Shown here in pieces: positions 34,679 through 48,300 of a DNA stretch of 64,000 nucleotides. Under the pieces are notes generated by a model. That model was not told the origin of the DNA and did no database searches. It saw nothing but the letters and a program-made list of their open reading frames with translations. The position numbers and the translations under genes are program-made. Position 1 is the first letter of the stretch; each line of letters begins with the position of its first letter. Source of the DNA: Macrostomum lignano (Eukaryota); NCBI GenBank assembly GCA_002269645.1, contig NIVC01000038.1, positions 310,001 to 374,000 on the forward strand. Direction: 5' to 3'.

Positions 34679-36285
34679 TTTGTTCAAGTCTTCGTTATTT
34701 TGATTATTGAGAGCGATTGTTATTTCCGGTCTTAAGTGTTCAGTTGATTTTATTGAGTCTATTAAGTTTGAGGCCTCCCTTTTTCCTAAGGGATTGGATA
34801 GGATCTGTGGACCGATTCCGATACCCTTAGAGGATTATCGATTGTTTTATTTTGTTACCCTAGAGTAACCGATAGGAGCACACAATTCCGATTCCGTTAG
34901 TTCTAGAAGAAGACGCCCTTTCTTTTCTGGAGGACCTCGTATTATTATAGAAGTTGATTTTGTTATTAGGGCAAATCGCTGACATTGATTTCTGCACTCG
35001 AGGAATACTGCGACGTCGATTTTATTGTTACGCTCTCGCTTTCGGCTGATTTTAGACTTCAAGAAGACCACCCCGAGAGGAACAGCTCTACGGACACGCG
35101 CGACAAAGAAGAGGAGCCCACAACAGTAAGTGATCACTGATTTTGTTCCCAGGCTTAAGTGTCTGGAAGTGGAGTTTTCCAGGGACTGATCACCACTCGA
35201 TCAAACTCTTCACTCAGCGTAACTTTTCTGGCAGTAAAAAGCCCTGCTGCAGTCAAAAGGAACCTTTCATTTAAAATGCTTGCATGATAGCGATATTTCT
35301 TCCACAAAATACCCTTGTCTGCTTTATATAAAATATTCACAAGTGAATCTCACGGATAAAAGCATGGAGAGGAATCAACCACTATTACTTCCTATAAAGT
35401 TTCTTAACGATGTTCTGTTTTTGTTCCTAAATGTCTCCTGTTGAAACGGAACGCCCTACAGTGTCTGCTCCGCCGTTGGTGAAAGACTCACAACTCATTG
35501 GTCTGACTGCTTGAGTCGGCTTTTTTCAGCGAATGCCTACAAACGCCTCGTGCAATGCAACATTCGAGCAGCAAAGCAGGCAATGGAACGTGGATTCCTT
35601 CACGATCGACTTGCACTTCACCTGCCAGCCTGCAATTACAGCGAAACCTTAATTGGAACCTCACCATCTGCTGCTCAAACCTGGTGAGCTATAGAGAGGC
35701 CAATACTACTGTACTCTGTCAGCAAAGCATTCAAGGAGCAAGAGTCGTTGGACCAGTGGCTCATCCGGCTGGCAGTGAGCTTCAGTGTAGCACTCAGCAC
35801 TCTATATAAAGAATATGTCCTCTGTTTGCTAGTACACAATTTACCATTCGCATGTTCACTATCAGTTCAGATTTGTAAATCTTTACTCAAGCTATCTCTA
35901 TATTGCTCAGCTCATTGAATCTGCTTTGCTTAAACGCAGCTTCCATCGCGAAGCGCTTGAAACTTTTCCAATATGGTTTCGTTGTGGCTATCAACCCTGG
36001 CAGTCATTGAAAATTTACAGCCAAACGTAACTGCGTTCTTCACCAACGCTTTTTATCTGACCTTAAATATAGCTAGGTTTGGCACCCACGGCTGCTTTGT
36101 TGTCAACTATGGTGACAACTAGTTTGAATAATCTTTCGGTGCTGTGGATCTGTGCACACCGTACAGTATGCGAAATGGTGCCAACTTCATTCATTTACCA
36201 TATTCATTTACCATATAGCAAACACTTTAATAATCCGGCACCTCCGGCATACTTATTCGGCAATCGGTGAATATTTGTCTCCGCC

Positions 36286-36900
36286 ATGGCATGTAACCAG
36301 GTTAGCAATGATACGGCTCGGTTCTCCGTTATTGTCAACAACTGGTACTGCGAGCGTTCGCTGATCAACTTCACTGTCAACAGAATCCTGGTGAATCTTC
36401 CTGATCCCACTGAACCACTGCCAGAGATTATGAGGTCATCCGATGCAATCGTCGATGCCCTCGGTTTTTTAAATTGCTCAGAAACATCCATCACAATTTG
36501 TTCCTGGTCAATAAATGATTCCACTGGAAACGAGAAGAACCATTTGACACATCACGATTAATTTACTTACAGCATCTCGAGGCTTCGTCTATGGTACGGA
36601 AAGTACACCGCGTCACTCGGTGTATCTATGACGATCGTTCAGCCTCCGGTGTGGTCAACTTCATAGCTGACTAATTGTCAAGACGCCGATTAGGCCCAGA
36701 AGTTTCGGTTTAAAACACCACGTTAAGCCTGAGTGTTGCAAACTTTACTGGCGACTTTGATATCAGCGAAGGAAATCTTACTGGATTCAAATTCTACTGG
36801 GCATGTTGTAGAGGAACCATAAAATTTCTATTTCCTAAGTCTTTACACACTGGTTGCTACGGAAATTGTATTGGCTTCATCTATAGTGGAAGGGCACCAG
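36286..36900 (+). pseudogene. Possible decayed GPS-like and PLAT/LH2-like segments of a polycystin-1-family gene
   Basis: N-glycosylation-rich ORF ending CSW..NHLTH; after an acceptor-like TTACAG the sequence reads FVYGTES..LIVKTP..KFLFP..HWL with stops and shifts. Confidence 0.3.
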
Positions 36901-37610
36901 CTATAGAAATAAGCACCTATCATACGCTTCCAAACCACTCTTATGCTGCTCGCGTCACAGCCAAGAAAGACAGTCGCCAAGATGCTGCACTTTTGAGCTT
37001 GCTGATTTTGCTACAGCCTGCGACCATTCTAAGCGCAAGGTAGAACATATGTCAGAATTATCGTTCATAATAAAAATCTGACATATTTTTGCTCATTATA
37101 TCGAATAAATTAATTTAAGTTTATCAGTATCAAAAACAGTTACACATAATGAAGGCTTCAAGCAAGCATTATCAGGTTTCTTGTGTTCAGTTCTGTGGAA
37201 CAAAATTCTCGAATTTCACGATTTCTTGGATAATGAGGCTCTCGACTAATACCTCAACTCATATTTGTTGGTAATTCATCGCTAACTAACTTATATTATC
37301 AGCACTCCACTGATTGATGGTACGAGCTAAGATTTAAAATTCCTGGAGTTTAAAGTACTCTGCAAATGCTGTGACGGAGATGCTGCTATAACAACCGTCA
37401 TTGTCGTTAATATGGCAAACCTGGAGGCAACTGCATGCACTCTTGCGCCACTTCCCGGATTTGCAATGGTAAAAACGTTTCAGTTTTTATGCTTTGGCTG
37501 AAAAGAGTTTAACGTTACAGTCAGTCGACAGAACTGCGAGTTCGCAATTTTCGATTTCAAGTTTCAAGCGAAAAAGGCAGCAGAACCTCTCCCCAGGTTT
37601 TCTTTCCAGT

Positions 37611-37850
37611 TGGATTGGAGACCGACAAATATCGGGAAGAGAATGTCGTAGTTGCTTCTGTCAGTCTTGGGGACTCGCAAAGATTCGTATTTGAACTGCA
37701 GGTAGTTCTTGTCTGGAATAATGCTGAAATGTTCCTGCAACTTAACTCTACTAAAACTCCATACTGGCATTTCAGGTGTTTCTGCCACCTGTGCCTGCTA
37801 AACAGTTGCTGACCAACACCAGGTCAATTTTCAATGGAGAAACGACGAGT
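37611..37850 (+). pseudogene. AlkB-family (ALKBH2/3-like) 2OG-Fe(II) oxygenase fragment
   Basis: VVASVSLGDSQRFVF, then after an intron-like gap VPAK..TR/VNFQWR, resembling IASLSLGA.R.F and H.VP..RINLTFR; frameshifted. Confidence 0.4.
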
Positions 37851-38069
37851 TTAAAAAATTCTTGGACACTGGAACCCAGCAGGCAGCTTTAACGACTCTT
37901 AGCGTGCTCTTAAAGTACTTGTAGTTATTGAGACAAGTCTATGAGCTAAGTCTGTTTTTAGAAATAAAGATAAATGTACTTAGTCCCGCTGATAGCGCGC
38001 AAAACGCGGCTGAGCTACGCTAGAGCAAGATTCAAGATTATGTTAATCCAGGAGATATAACAACTGGCT

Positions 38070-38370
38070 ACAAGGATGGCCCTCAACAACGTGAACCCAC
38101 CAGCACCGTTTCTGCCAGCAAGCGGGTCGTTGGCAGTCCCATGAAATTGATGGCTCGACGCCTTCGATGTCTTGAAGTGTTGCCGACTGGCTCGCGCAAA
38201 TCTGGACTTCATCTGCTCGGTATCGAGGGGCAGCGGATAGCTCGGGCTCTAAATGCGAATCCCGATGAGCAGACTTTCTGGCAAACTCGAGATCTGCTGA
38301 CGAACGTATTCGGCAACCAGCCAAATTTGATGCTTGCACGCCACAAATTCCGGGAACGTTATTAACTACC
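38070..38370 (+). mobile_element. Gypsy gag N-terminal fragment
   Basis: PAPFLP.SG..AVPW..W...F and LHLLGIEGQRI..L..F.NQPNL.LARHKFRER. Confidence 0.55.
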
Positions 38371-38629
38371 TGGAGATTACGCAGCCACCTTTGTCGCAGC
38401 ACTGCGATAGCTGTCAGCCGATCTGTGCTACTTTCATAAGTTCGGCACAAAGTCCAGGCATTGTTAAGTGCCTTGTCAATTTCAGGGAAACGGGCAGGCC
38501 GGCAGTCAGTGAACAGCTCGGCTGCCAGCAGCAGCAGCAACCTGCTGCAGCCGACGGAACACCCTTCACGCGGGGCTGTGTCATGAGGTTGAACCCTCGG
38601 GCCAATTTTTCCGGCCACACTCACCCGAG

Positions 38630-41360
38630 TAGCAGAAGACAGTCACCCATGGCCCGTTCTACCGGCTGTCTCGGGGGTCTGTCCTGGCCCATCAGCACGG
38701 TTTTACTTATCTGTGTTTTTCTTTGCTTGGCCCCTGACCGCCTCATTCTTCGTGCGGGGGACGTCAAAACCAACCCAGGCTCGTCCTGGCCGTGTGGCTC
38801 CTGCGGACAAAACGTGGGCAATTTCTCGGCCGTGCAATGCCGAAACTGCCTCGTTTGGACCCACAGCAGCTGTGCCCTCCTCACCAAGATCCACCCAGAT
38901 CCGACAACTCGCTAAACAAGACGGTGGATGGACCTGCGAGACCTGTATGAAACCCGCGGCCCCACCAGACGGCAAATCTACCGACAGAGCTACCAGTCCT
39001 GCCGTTATCACCATTAACCGCTACGAGTCAGGAGGCGCACCCAAGCAGCCACCAGTCACTAACTGGGCGCAGACGGGCTGCCAGAAAAAATCGGTAAAAC
39101 CGGCCAGCACCGCCCAACCACAGAAACCACCGGCTAATGTCACCCAGCGGGCCCGTAACGGGATCATCATTCTACAACTTAACTGCAATGGTATTGGAGC
39201 CAGAGCCACTGAACTCGCCGTTGTTCTGGATCGGGAGAAACTCCACGCGGTCCTGCTTCAGGAAACCTTTCTCCACCAGCACTCCCGCCCTCCGTGCTTC
39301 CAACCCGACAACATTGGCGGCCGAATAGACTATCGGAGCGAGGGGGGAGCGACCAATCAACCCAACCAAGGCGGGATTCTCACGATCATCCGGGACGACA
39401 CCCCCTTTCAAGTGCTCTGACCCCCATATCAACAACCAGGGGACGACGTGACTTACTGCAGCGATGTTACCAATTTTCCGAACAAAAGCCAATCGGTCAC
39501 GCTCGTTAACGTTTACGTCCCTCCTGCTACCCGCGCACTCCACGACAGAAGTGCGGAATCGACCTTCAACCCGGAGGCAGTCCAAATCGGCAGGCATGCG
39601 ATTGTTGCCGGAGATTTTAACACTAACTCCAGCGCGTGGGGCCCTTCCCAACGCGAGGACTCCCTCAGGCGCAAACTAGAAGAATGGTGCACCCGTCTGA
39701 ACCTGGACATCCTTTTTGACGGCAGTTGCACCCGCATTAACCCGGCCACTGGAAATAAATCTTCCCCGGACATCACTTTCGCCACGAGCGACCTGTCCCG
39801 TCAGGCCATCTGGTCCACGGGCCCGAGTATCGGGTCCGATCAGCTGTCTATCTGGACCAACTTGTTTCGGAAAGCCACTCCCTACCAGAGCAAAAGAGCC
39901 GGTACAATTTCAAGAAAGCAGACTGGGGCTTCTACCGTCGACACATCTACAAGCACCTGTCTGAACTCCCGGCGTGTGATCATCTGCCTATCAACACTGC
40001 CCTGATCACCCGGGCCGCCAGAGCCTCCATACCATACGGGAAAGGCAACAACAGGCCCCTGTTCTGAAACGAACGCTGCCAGGTGGCGGCCGACAGCAGT
40101 GAACCGGCCCGGCTGGTAGTCATGGCGAACCCTGAAGACGCCGACGCCAAGGCCTCCGCCGCTACCATCATCAGAGAGAAAAGGCGACATCAATTCCACC
40201 ATTCGGTCGCCACGCTCGTGCCGAGTGACTTCCTGTGGAGACCTATCAAGCAATACGATGGCCGCCTGCAACCCGCTCGTCCTGTGGCAATATTCTGCAA
40301 CACTATTCTTGGAGATATTAGCCACCGGCGAGGTCCCCGCTGCGTGGAGAGATCGTTGCACTCCTTAAGAAGGAGAAGGACGCGAGCGCTATTAGCTCTT
40401 ACAGGCCCATCTCCCTGCTCATCTGCGTTGGTAAACTAATGGAGCGACTGGTCACGAACCGGCTATATTTTTGGCTCGAGTCTCGTAACTTGTTAAATCG
40501 CAACCAGGCAGGTTTCCGCAAATGTCACTCTACCATGGACCAACTTACGCGCATCACCCAAGCGATTTTCGACGCCTTCGAGCAAAAGAAACCGGAACGC
40601 GCGATTCTATATTTTCCTGGACTTTGCTAAAGCCTATGACCAGGTGTAGCGCCCGGCCCTGTACGCGAAAATGGCTCGGCTTGGCGTCCCGAAGCATGTT
40701 ATTAGGTTCATCAAAAACCTACTCTCAGACCGCGTTCGATCCAACGACATCCAGCGACATCCAACTGGAGTGTTTTTTCGGACGGATTACCGCAAAGATC
40801 GGTCATTGCACCTCTGCTCTGGCTCGTCTACGTCCACGACATTGACGGCGGAATTGATAAGCGTTTACCACTCGCTCTTTGCTGAAGACACGGCACTTCT
40901 GGCAACGGGCTGGTCAATGGACGCCTGCGCCAAGAAGATTCAACCCGCGCTGGACCGTGTCGTGGAGTGGACACAAGTGGAAAGCATCTCTGAGCCACTC
41001 AAAATGCGTTTTCTCCACCTTCACGTTGAACCCCAGTGAATGCGACGGAACGATCCTCCCAACTCTGCACATTGAGGGACAGGAGTTAACATATGATCCG
41101 TCACCAACGTTGCTTGGGCTCGCCTTGACGATCGACTGACGTTCGAAAACCATATCGAGGCAGTGCGCCAAAAGATGGCCACCAGGTGGCGCTGTCTGCA
41201 AACCCTCGCCGGCAAAGTCTACGGCGCCTACGGTGCCAAGAAGCCGAATAAATTAAGTGCACACGCATCATTACCAGATGCCTCGGAGTTAGTTACTGCC
41301 GCTCTCTGCTTGCCGAAGCAGACCTCCCGGCCCTCCACCTACGAGCCAAACAGCTAGCCT
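38630..41360 (+). mobile_element. Decayed non-LTR retrotransposon (Ingi/L2-like): 2A-like peptide, PHD finger, APE endonuclease, RT
   Basis: LILRAGDVKTNPG; CGSC..CRNC..HSSC..WTCETC; ILQLNCNG, LLQETFL, VNVYVPP, VAGDFN, SSPDITF; RPISLL, NQAGFR..STMDQL, DFAKAYD, SLFAEDTAL; several frameshifts. Confidence 0.85.
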
Positions 41361-41439
41361 GTATCGAGTTTGTTTGAATTATATGCCTGCCCGACGACGA
41401 CCCGGAGCAGAAAACTGCTGTCACGTCGCCCCGCCGTCG

Positions 41440-41950
41440 CGCCTCCGCAGCAGGGCACACGAAGCTGCTGCAACTGCCTCGCTGATGACACATTCTTGCT
41501 TCAGCTGCGGCTGCTTCAGCTCGCTAGGCTCACCCGAAATCTAGTCACCTTGTCGCCACAGTAAGCTGCCGTGTGACTCAATTGGTTGTCTACCTTGCCT
41601 CACTGTCTCTGGTGTTTTCTGCGTTTGCCTGCGTGTTCTACCTTTCCATTGACTCTCAACTCCGTCAGTTCAGCACGATGCCCGCCACTCTGCAGCTCTG
41701 CAACGCTGCCCTTGGATTAGATATCAGATTTTCGCAACGTCATGCAGCGAAGCTTCTTTAGCCAGCTCTGCATTGTGGGCTTTGTGTGCTTTCTTATTCC
41801 GGTGCTGATGAACATCTTCGTAGCAGTGATCAATTGGCATCGGTTTGGGCAAGTCAAAGACAGACAACGAAGATCCAGATCAGCAGCTACGAGCTACATT
41901 GTTGAATGTTTTAGCACGCACTCAGAAAGCATCAAACTAAATGGTTGAGA
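41440..41950 (+). pseudogene. Polycystin (PKD1L/PKD2-type) channel S4-S6 fragment, frameshifted
   Basis: FLLQLRLLQLARL; VFSAFACVFYL..SQLRQFSTM..TL...ALG; FF..CIVGF..LIPVLMNIFVAVIN..FGQVK, matching the polycystin pore/S6 pattern (FST..LG..LLNMF.AII..Y.EVK). Confidence 0.6.
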
Positions 41951-41969
41951 ACTATTAGTGGGTTAATGA

Positions 41970-44900
41970 GTGTCGGTTAAGGCTACGGTAAAGGTTTTGA
42001 TTCAAGCTATGGACGCTTTGATAACGCCAGTTCCGCTCCGATTGCGCAGACCCGAGCAAGCAATTATCAGCATCCGTCAGTCGCCTGAAAGCAACTTTAA
42101 CGAATCTGGCTGGGCCATTTTATTTTCGATCACTAAACAGGCCATTAGACAAGTGAAGACAAATTAAAGAACCGGAGTCAAACAGATTGTGCGGCATCGG
42201 GCTGTGACGCAAAGTAACTAGAGAACCGCTCGACATCAGGAATCAAAAACACATCAAATGTTGGGAATCTGAAAGAGACTCACGACCAGGGAATGTGGTT
42301 GCAGTCACAGAGGAAAGGAGAACCTGAGTAGACTGAGACGTGGAGTCTTCAGCCACCTGCTGAAGAAACTGATTCAAAGACGATGGAAAATTTCCTGACT
42401 ACAAGAAGTCAGGGCCGTGCATCCAGAGGGTGTTCGACCGCACACTGTCTGGTTGACAGCCTCTAGATAGAATGTCGACGCGATTCTGAACGAACACATT
42501 TCAAAACTTATCTATGTTAGTGATCCAGCAGAGCGCTGTTAAACTGTCAGTTCAAACAAAGCCATCAGCGCCTGGGAATTGCCGCGATACCAGGTGAATA
42601 AAGTACGCGATGGGATCAAGACTCCTAGCAACTCTAAGCGAGCACTTTAGAGATTCAATAGCGATGCAACGTGAGACTAAGCCATAATGAGCATCGTGTC
42701 GACGAAAACGTCGTCAGCTTCAGCAAGTGCATAGATGCAAGTAGCAAAGTCCGACTCGCTAGCATCACAGAAGCCATGCCGTTGAATTTTTGTTGGCTTG
42801 GCACCAACTCGCGAAATAAAAAACTAGGAAACTCAATACGCAGTCATTTCAAGACTGCTGCCAGGATTACAATGCCTGGGATGTGTCAGGTGGAAGAAGC
42901 TCATCCCAGTCGACTTCTCTGACACACAGCTGCTGAAGCAATATTTTGGCAGAGATTACTGCTGGCGAAACTAGTTTAAGTGGATCGTACACTGAGACCC
43001 AGCTTGAGCTTGCTCAGTATTGAAAAATGCTCGCCGTGAACGCAAGCCGATTCACGACAGTCCATACGAATGACATCACCACCCGAGCACGAGACGAGCC
43101 CAGGACCTTTTTGGTGTGACCCACATCTTGCTCTGGAAGATGTTGATTTAATGAAGCAGAATTCGACATCCACACACGCATATTTATAGCACCAACAAGA
43201 TCAAACAAATTTTCCTGTTACTGTACACAGCCAAAGATACTGCGTCCGAACTACAACTGATCACGAGATTATCGACGTAAAGGTCTTTCAAAACAATACT
43301 GGCAAATCCCAAGGAAGCAGACGCAAAGGTAACCAGATTGCGGAGCACACCTGGCAAAAATTGCAAACCGAATGATAGATTTGCTTATTTTCCGCCAAAT
43401 TGGGTCACAGAAGCTAGCGTGAATAGAGATTTGGAGAAATGCCTTCTCTATGTCACTAAGAATTGCACCAGAAATTGCTACAGGATTATGACGGAAGCGC
43501 ATGAGAATCGCGGGAATTCGACGAATGTTTTGTGTGCTCGCCTGTAGCTTTCATGACACAGCTATTATGAAGATAATGACAGACATTATCCTGCTGTATC
43601 CTGCTGTCAGCCACTTTCTAAATGACGCCTGTGGCTTCCTGTTCACGGATGATCTCAAATACTCTCTTGACTCTACCTGGTTGGTGAGAGAGAGAGAGAG
43701 AGAGAGAGTGCGCATAGTCGAGTCCAAACGCTTGTACGCGAGATCAAAGTGATGACGTAGCCTGAGTGAGCCATCTGGATGCTTCCTTGAAAGCTTGCCT
43801 TCGTAGCCTCCATTAATTAGTTGCGGGTCACAAGCAAAGTCATCGATCAAGGACTGATATTGAATTTCTGAGATTACTTATCTTCTAGCTTCTAAGGGCT
43901 AGAATCAGGACAAGACACAGTCAGAAGTGCCTGTCAGCAGGTCCGCAACAGTGCAGCAAAGAACTTAAGAAGCTTCGCTGAGCCCATTAGCTGCTGAATT
44001 GCTCAAGAGACAGCTAGAGCCCTCAAGGCAGCTTCACCGGCCCGCGAAGGACGAAACCTAACTTTGAGGATACAGCTGACGGTCCAGCCAATCCGCACGT
44101 CACGTCACCGCCTACAATATCGTAATTGACGTAGCCCCAGTCAAAGCTTGTCTTACTAGTATATAGTCTATGGCTGTATCTCCCACTCTACAGTTTCCTC
44201 GGTCGCATACCATCGTTAATATCTACCGCTCTGGCTTTTAATCTTATACTAATATCTTTGAATCCTAAGCGCTGAAATATATTCGCTTGACGGCTTTGCC
44301 GATACATAGAGTTACTCCGTTGTTCCGGTCACCACAATGGCGTCGCAGCTTGGACGCAAAAGGCTGGTCTAATGAAGACAACAAACGACAGATTGCCGAC
44401 AACTTTATTGCCACTTTTGGTCTGCAAACAGTGGAAAAGCTGAGCCTATTAATCGCATCAAAGGAGGTGGACGCAGTCAACTTTTCCACAATAGAAGAAG
44501 CTATAACAGCATATCTGAAACCAAAGTCCAAGTTGATTCTAGATGAGCAGACTCGCTTTTTCACTCTCCGCCAAGCTCATGGAGAGAAACTGCCTGATTT
44601 CCTGGCGCGTTTGCGGCAGGCCGCTCAGGACTGCAATTTCGATGCACTGAAGAATGCCCAGAGTCCAGAGGATGAAATGCTCCGCCTAGCTCTCATCGCG
44701 GGAATGAGCTGCGCTCAGACCCAGCAGCGTGTACTCAAGTCCATGCAACTCAAAGACCTGTCAATTACCGAAATCCTTGATATTTTAGCTCAGCTTTAGC
44801 AGGTTAAGGAGTTTGTATCAACCCAATCGAGCGTCAATTCTGCTCAACATGCGCATCAAAATTCAGTCGGAGAAGAGACTCAAGAAATGCATCATAATAA

Positions 44901-47900
44901 TCATCGTGAAGCCACCGGACGCACCAGAAGACAGGAGGCAGTACGCACAGATCGCGCATGTCGGTATTGTTGACGCCAGCATGCCCCAAAAAATGCCCAG
45001 CCTATGGAAAAATGTGTGCAAAATTCTCCAAGCCGAATCACTTCGCTGCCTTCTGTCGGTCATCTTAGGCTATCCATACAGTTCAGATTGAGAGCCTCTC
45101 TGCCCCTTCGCAGGAGCAGTCTAGCGGCGAAATTCTTCACCTTGAAACCACCGACTCGATCCATTCCATGGAAGAAGCCAAAGAGCAAATCATCGTTAAT
45201 GGAATATCGATTCCAATGCTGCGCATGGACACGGGCGCGGCAATCAGTGTGCTGTCTCAGAAACTCTGGGAGCGCCTCAACCACCCGGCGCTGCTTCGCT
45301 GCCAGCGCCGCCTGCAAGCCTATGACGAGCATGAGATGCAAGTACTGGGACAGTTGTCAACCGCCATCGAATATCGCGGGCGGCTTCACCCGGTGGATCT
45401 GACTGTGGTTCAAGCCTCGAAGCCATTTGGCTTGCTTGGACGGGATCTTATTCATGCTGACCAAGTGTTCAGCCCCTCTGCAGCGTGTCAGCCCAACTAT
45501 GCAACTAGTTGATGGCGCTCATTCCAGATTCTGCCGGGCCCGCCCAGTTCCCATTGCTATGGAGGCTGCAGTAAACTCCGAGCTGGAGAGATTGCAAGCT
45601 CTAAGCGTCACGGAACCTATTGAGGGCCCGGTGAGTAACGCATCGTCTGTTGTTTGGGTAAAGAAAAAGGATGGGTCGCTCAGAATTTGCGCTGACTATA
45701 GCGTCCACGTCAACGCACAAATAAAATCCGATGCGTACCCCATTCTGAACGTTGAGTGCCTATTCGCAAAACTGAAGAATGCGAAGAAATTTGCCTCCAT
45801 CGATTTGCGATCTGCTTACTGGCAAATCGAGCTCGACGAGAATGCTCAGGACCTGTCTACAATCAACACGTCAAAGGGCTTGTTTCGAGTCAACCGCCTT
45901 CAAATGGGCATGAAAAATTCGTCCTTCATTTTCCAACGAGCCATGGAAAACATCCTTCATGACCTTAAGGGCGTGCTCGTTTACCAGGACGATGTGCTTA
46001 TTTTTGCCGAGAACTCGTCCTCACTCAGCAAACGGCTGCAGGCCGTGAAGACCAGACTGTGCGAAAAGAATGTCACTATCAACGAGGATAAATGCACTGC
46101 GGAGTGTGACGAAATATCATTTCTGGGTTTTCGAGTCTCTGCTTCTGGAATTCGACCGGACGACAGACTCGTCAAGAAGATCTTGGATATAGCCACGCCT
46201 TCAAACCGCAAGGAACTGGAGCAGTTTCTCGGTCTAGTTAATTTCTTTGGCCAACTGGTCCCAAACTTTGCTGGCGAAAGGAAGTGCCTGCATAAGCTCC
46301 GGCATGATGACGCCAAATTTGTTTGGTCAGCCGAGTGCGATAGAGCGTTTATAGCGTTAAGAAAGGAAATCTCGTGGGCACCCGTGGTCCAGCCATATTC
46401 GCTGGAGAAGTTATAGCTCACAACTGATGCCTCCAAAGGTGCACTTGCCGGCGTCATCACGCAAGACGGCCACCCAGTAATATTCATATCTCGTTGTTTG
46501 TCCAGCGCTGAAAAGAACTATTCGAACATCGAACGGGAAGCGCTGGCCATATTCTGGGCCGTCAATCGTCTCAAGCATTATCTCATGGGCCGAAAATTCA
46601 CCATACAGACAGATCACCAACCTCTGATTCGTTTGTTTGGCCAGTCGCGTGGCGTGCCCACCAACACATCTGTTCGCATCTCGAGATGGGCACTTGCAAT
46701 GATTCACTATGACTACGAAATTCAATACACGCCAGGGTCCAAAAATCACAGAGACGCTGTGTCTCGTGTACGCTTTACTGACCCGTCGACAGACACGGCG
46801 GAGCTGTCCGATGCTATAAACTGCGTCGCGTTTGAGACGCCCGTGGTACCCCAGCACCGCATTCTAGCAGAATTGGAGATGTATCCAGTTAGTCAGAGCG
46901 TAATTAATCGTGTTCAAACTGGAAGGTGGACGGGCTGCTCTCAGGCGGAAAGACCCTTCGCTGAGGTTTCTGACAGCCTCACCATTGAAGGTGGTCTACT
47001 TTGTTCATGGGTCGTATATTTATTCCACCACGCCTGAGGGCCGAGGCATTCCGCACTGCACACACAGGCTACATCTTCGCCTATAATTACATGGCCTTGT
47101 CCTGCTGGGAGCGAGGAATGCGCGCAGATGTTTAACGCTTCGTCCGTAACTGTCCGACCTGCAATCAGTTGCGACCAAGATTTTCACTCACGTGATGCAT
47201 TCCGCCACAGACTGACTGCACTGCCAAGGATCGCAGCACATGTGAGCATCGTGACCTGTGCACAAGCATCGAAAGCAATGGCTTTTCTGGTTGCAAACTT
47301 TCAAACCTCCATAATTGTGTCCTGAATTGCAGTAGGTGCAAAGGACTTTCCCAGGTTCCTTTGATGTGCTGCTCTTCGAGCTAGATTGAACTGTGAAAGT
47401 TGAAAGTAAAGGCTTTAGTGAGCCTCCAGACCGATCGCGATCATGTCAGGTTTTTTTGCCAACAAAAACAAATTTCCCACGAACATCAAGTTCCTGTCTT
47501 AAAAGATGTAAAAAAAGTCCTTAACTGAATCGAACTGCGAACCTGAATAAGCAGCTGACTTTAGCATGTCCAACCTAAACTCATCTGGATACCGGTTGAG
47601 TAGGTTTGGCAGCACCAATGTCTCATTACGAGTCAGCTTGCACATTTTGAGCTTCAAGACTGCGCACGGCAGCCGAAATCGTCATTAAATTGTTGCAGGC
47701 TTGAAATAGAATTGTCAGTTAGGCTAAACTCTGAGGTCACTGACTTTTAGATCTGGCTTGCCGAACCGATTTCACAGAATGGCGATCGCAGCTGCGCAAT
47801 TCGCGCCAGTCACTGCCAGACTTGGCCAAGTCGGAGAGACAAAGGAGCAAATAACTGAATTTGTCAATATCAGGGAGGGGCGAATTTGAATCCACTGATG

Positions 47901-48300
47901 ACGAAACCTGATCCCAGGGGGTCTTCCGACCTGCAATTTTCCCATCAAAGGTCGGCAGCTGACACTTAGGAAGCTTCACCTGAGGTTGAGCAGAGCTTGA
48001 AGCTTTTTGTAGCGCCAAATTTGAACTGAGAGGATTTTCCAGCAAGTTAATGCACTTGCGACAGCGAAGCGAATATTCATGGCTCTCAGCCAACTCCGAT
48101 TCCATCTTTTCTTCGGATTGATCTACCTGAATCACCTCATCTATGCCTTTTAAAGCCTTCAGCTTCTCCTTCAGAACCTCTACGCACGCCTCTGCATCGA
48201 CGTCAGCTTCGGAATTCCACCAGCATTCTCGACAAGCGACGAGAGCTTGTCGATCTTTGCGATAGTCCGAGTGACCGCTGCTCTGATCATAGCGGCTTAA
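41970..48300 (-). mobile_element. Decayed BEL/Pao LTR retrotransposon, split by a Gypsy insertion
   Basis: gag KLPKCQLPTFDG..WDQ..V..N..L.DIDKFSYL (47737-48135); GYE.KL..K....L....LAYKRL; RT RFR..DIEKAFLQI, LYVDN; WDELLP; RNase H GFCDASES (42740-43850). Confidence 0.8.
44287..47100 (+). mobile_element. Gypsy LTR retrotransposon (gag, protease, RT, RNase H, start of integrase), decayed and truncated
   Basis: gag FFTLRQAHGEKLPDFLARLR; protease MDTGAAISV; RT VWVKKKDGSLRICADY, DLRSAYWQ, YQDD; RNase H TDAS, NYSNIEREALA, TDHQPL; stops present. Confidence 0.88.
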
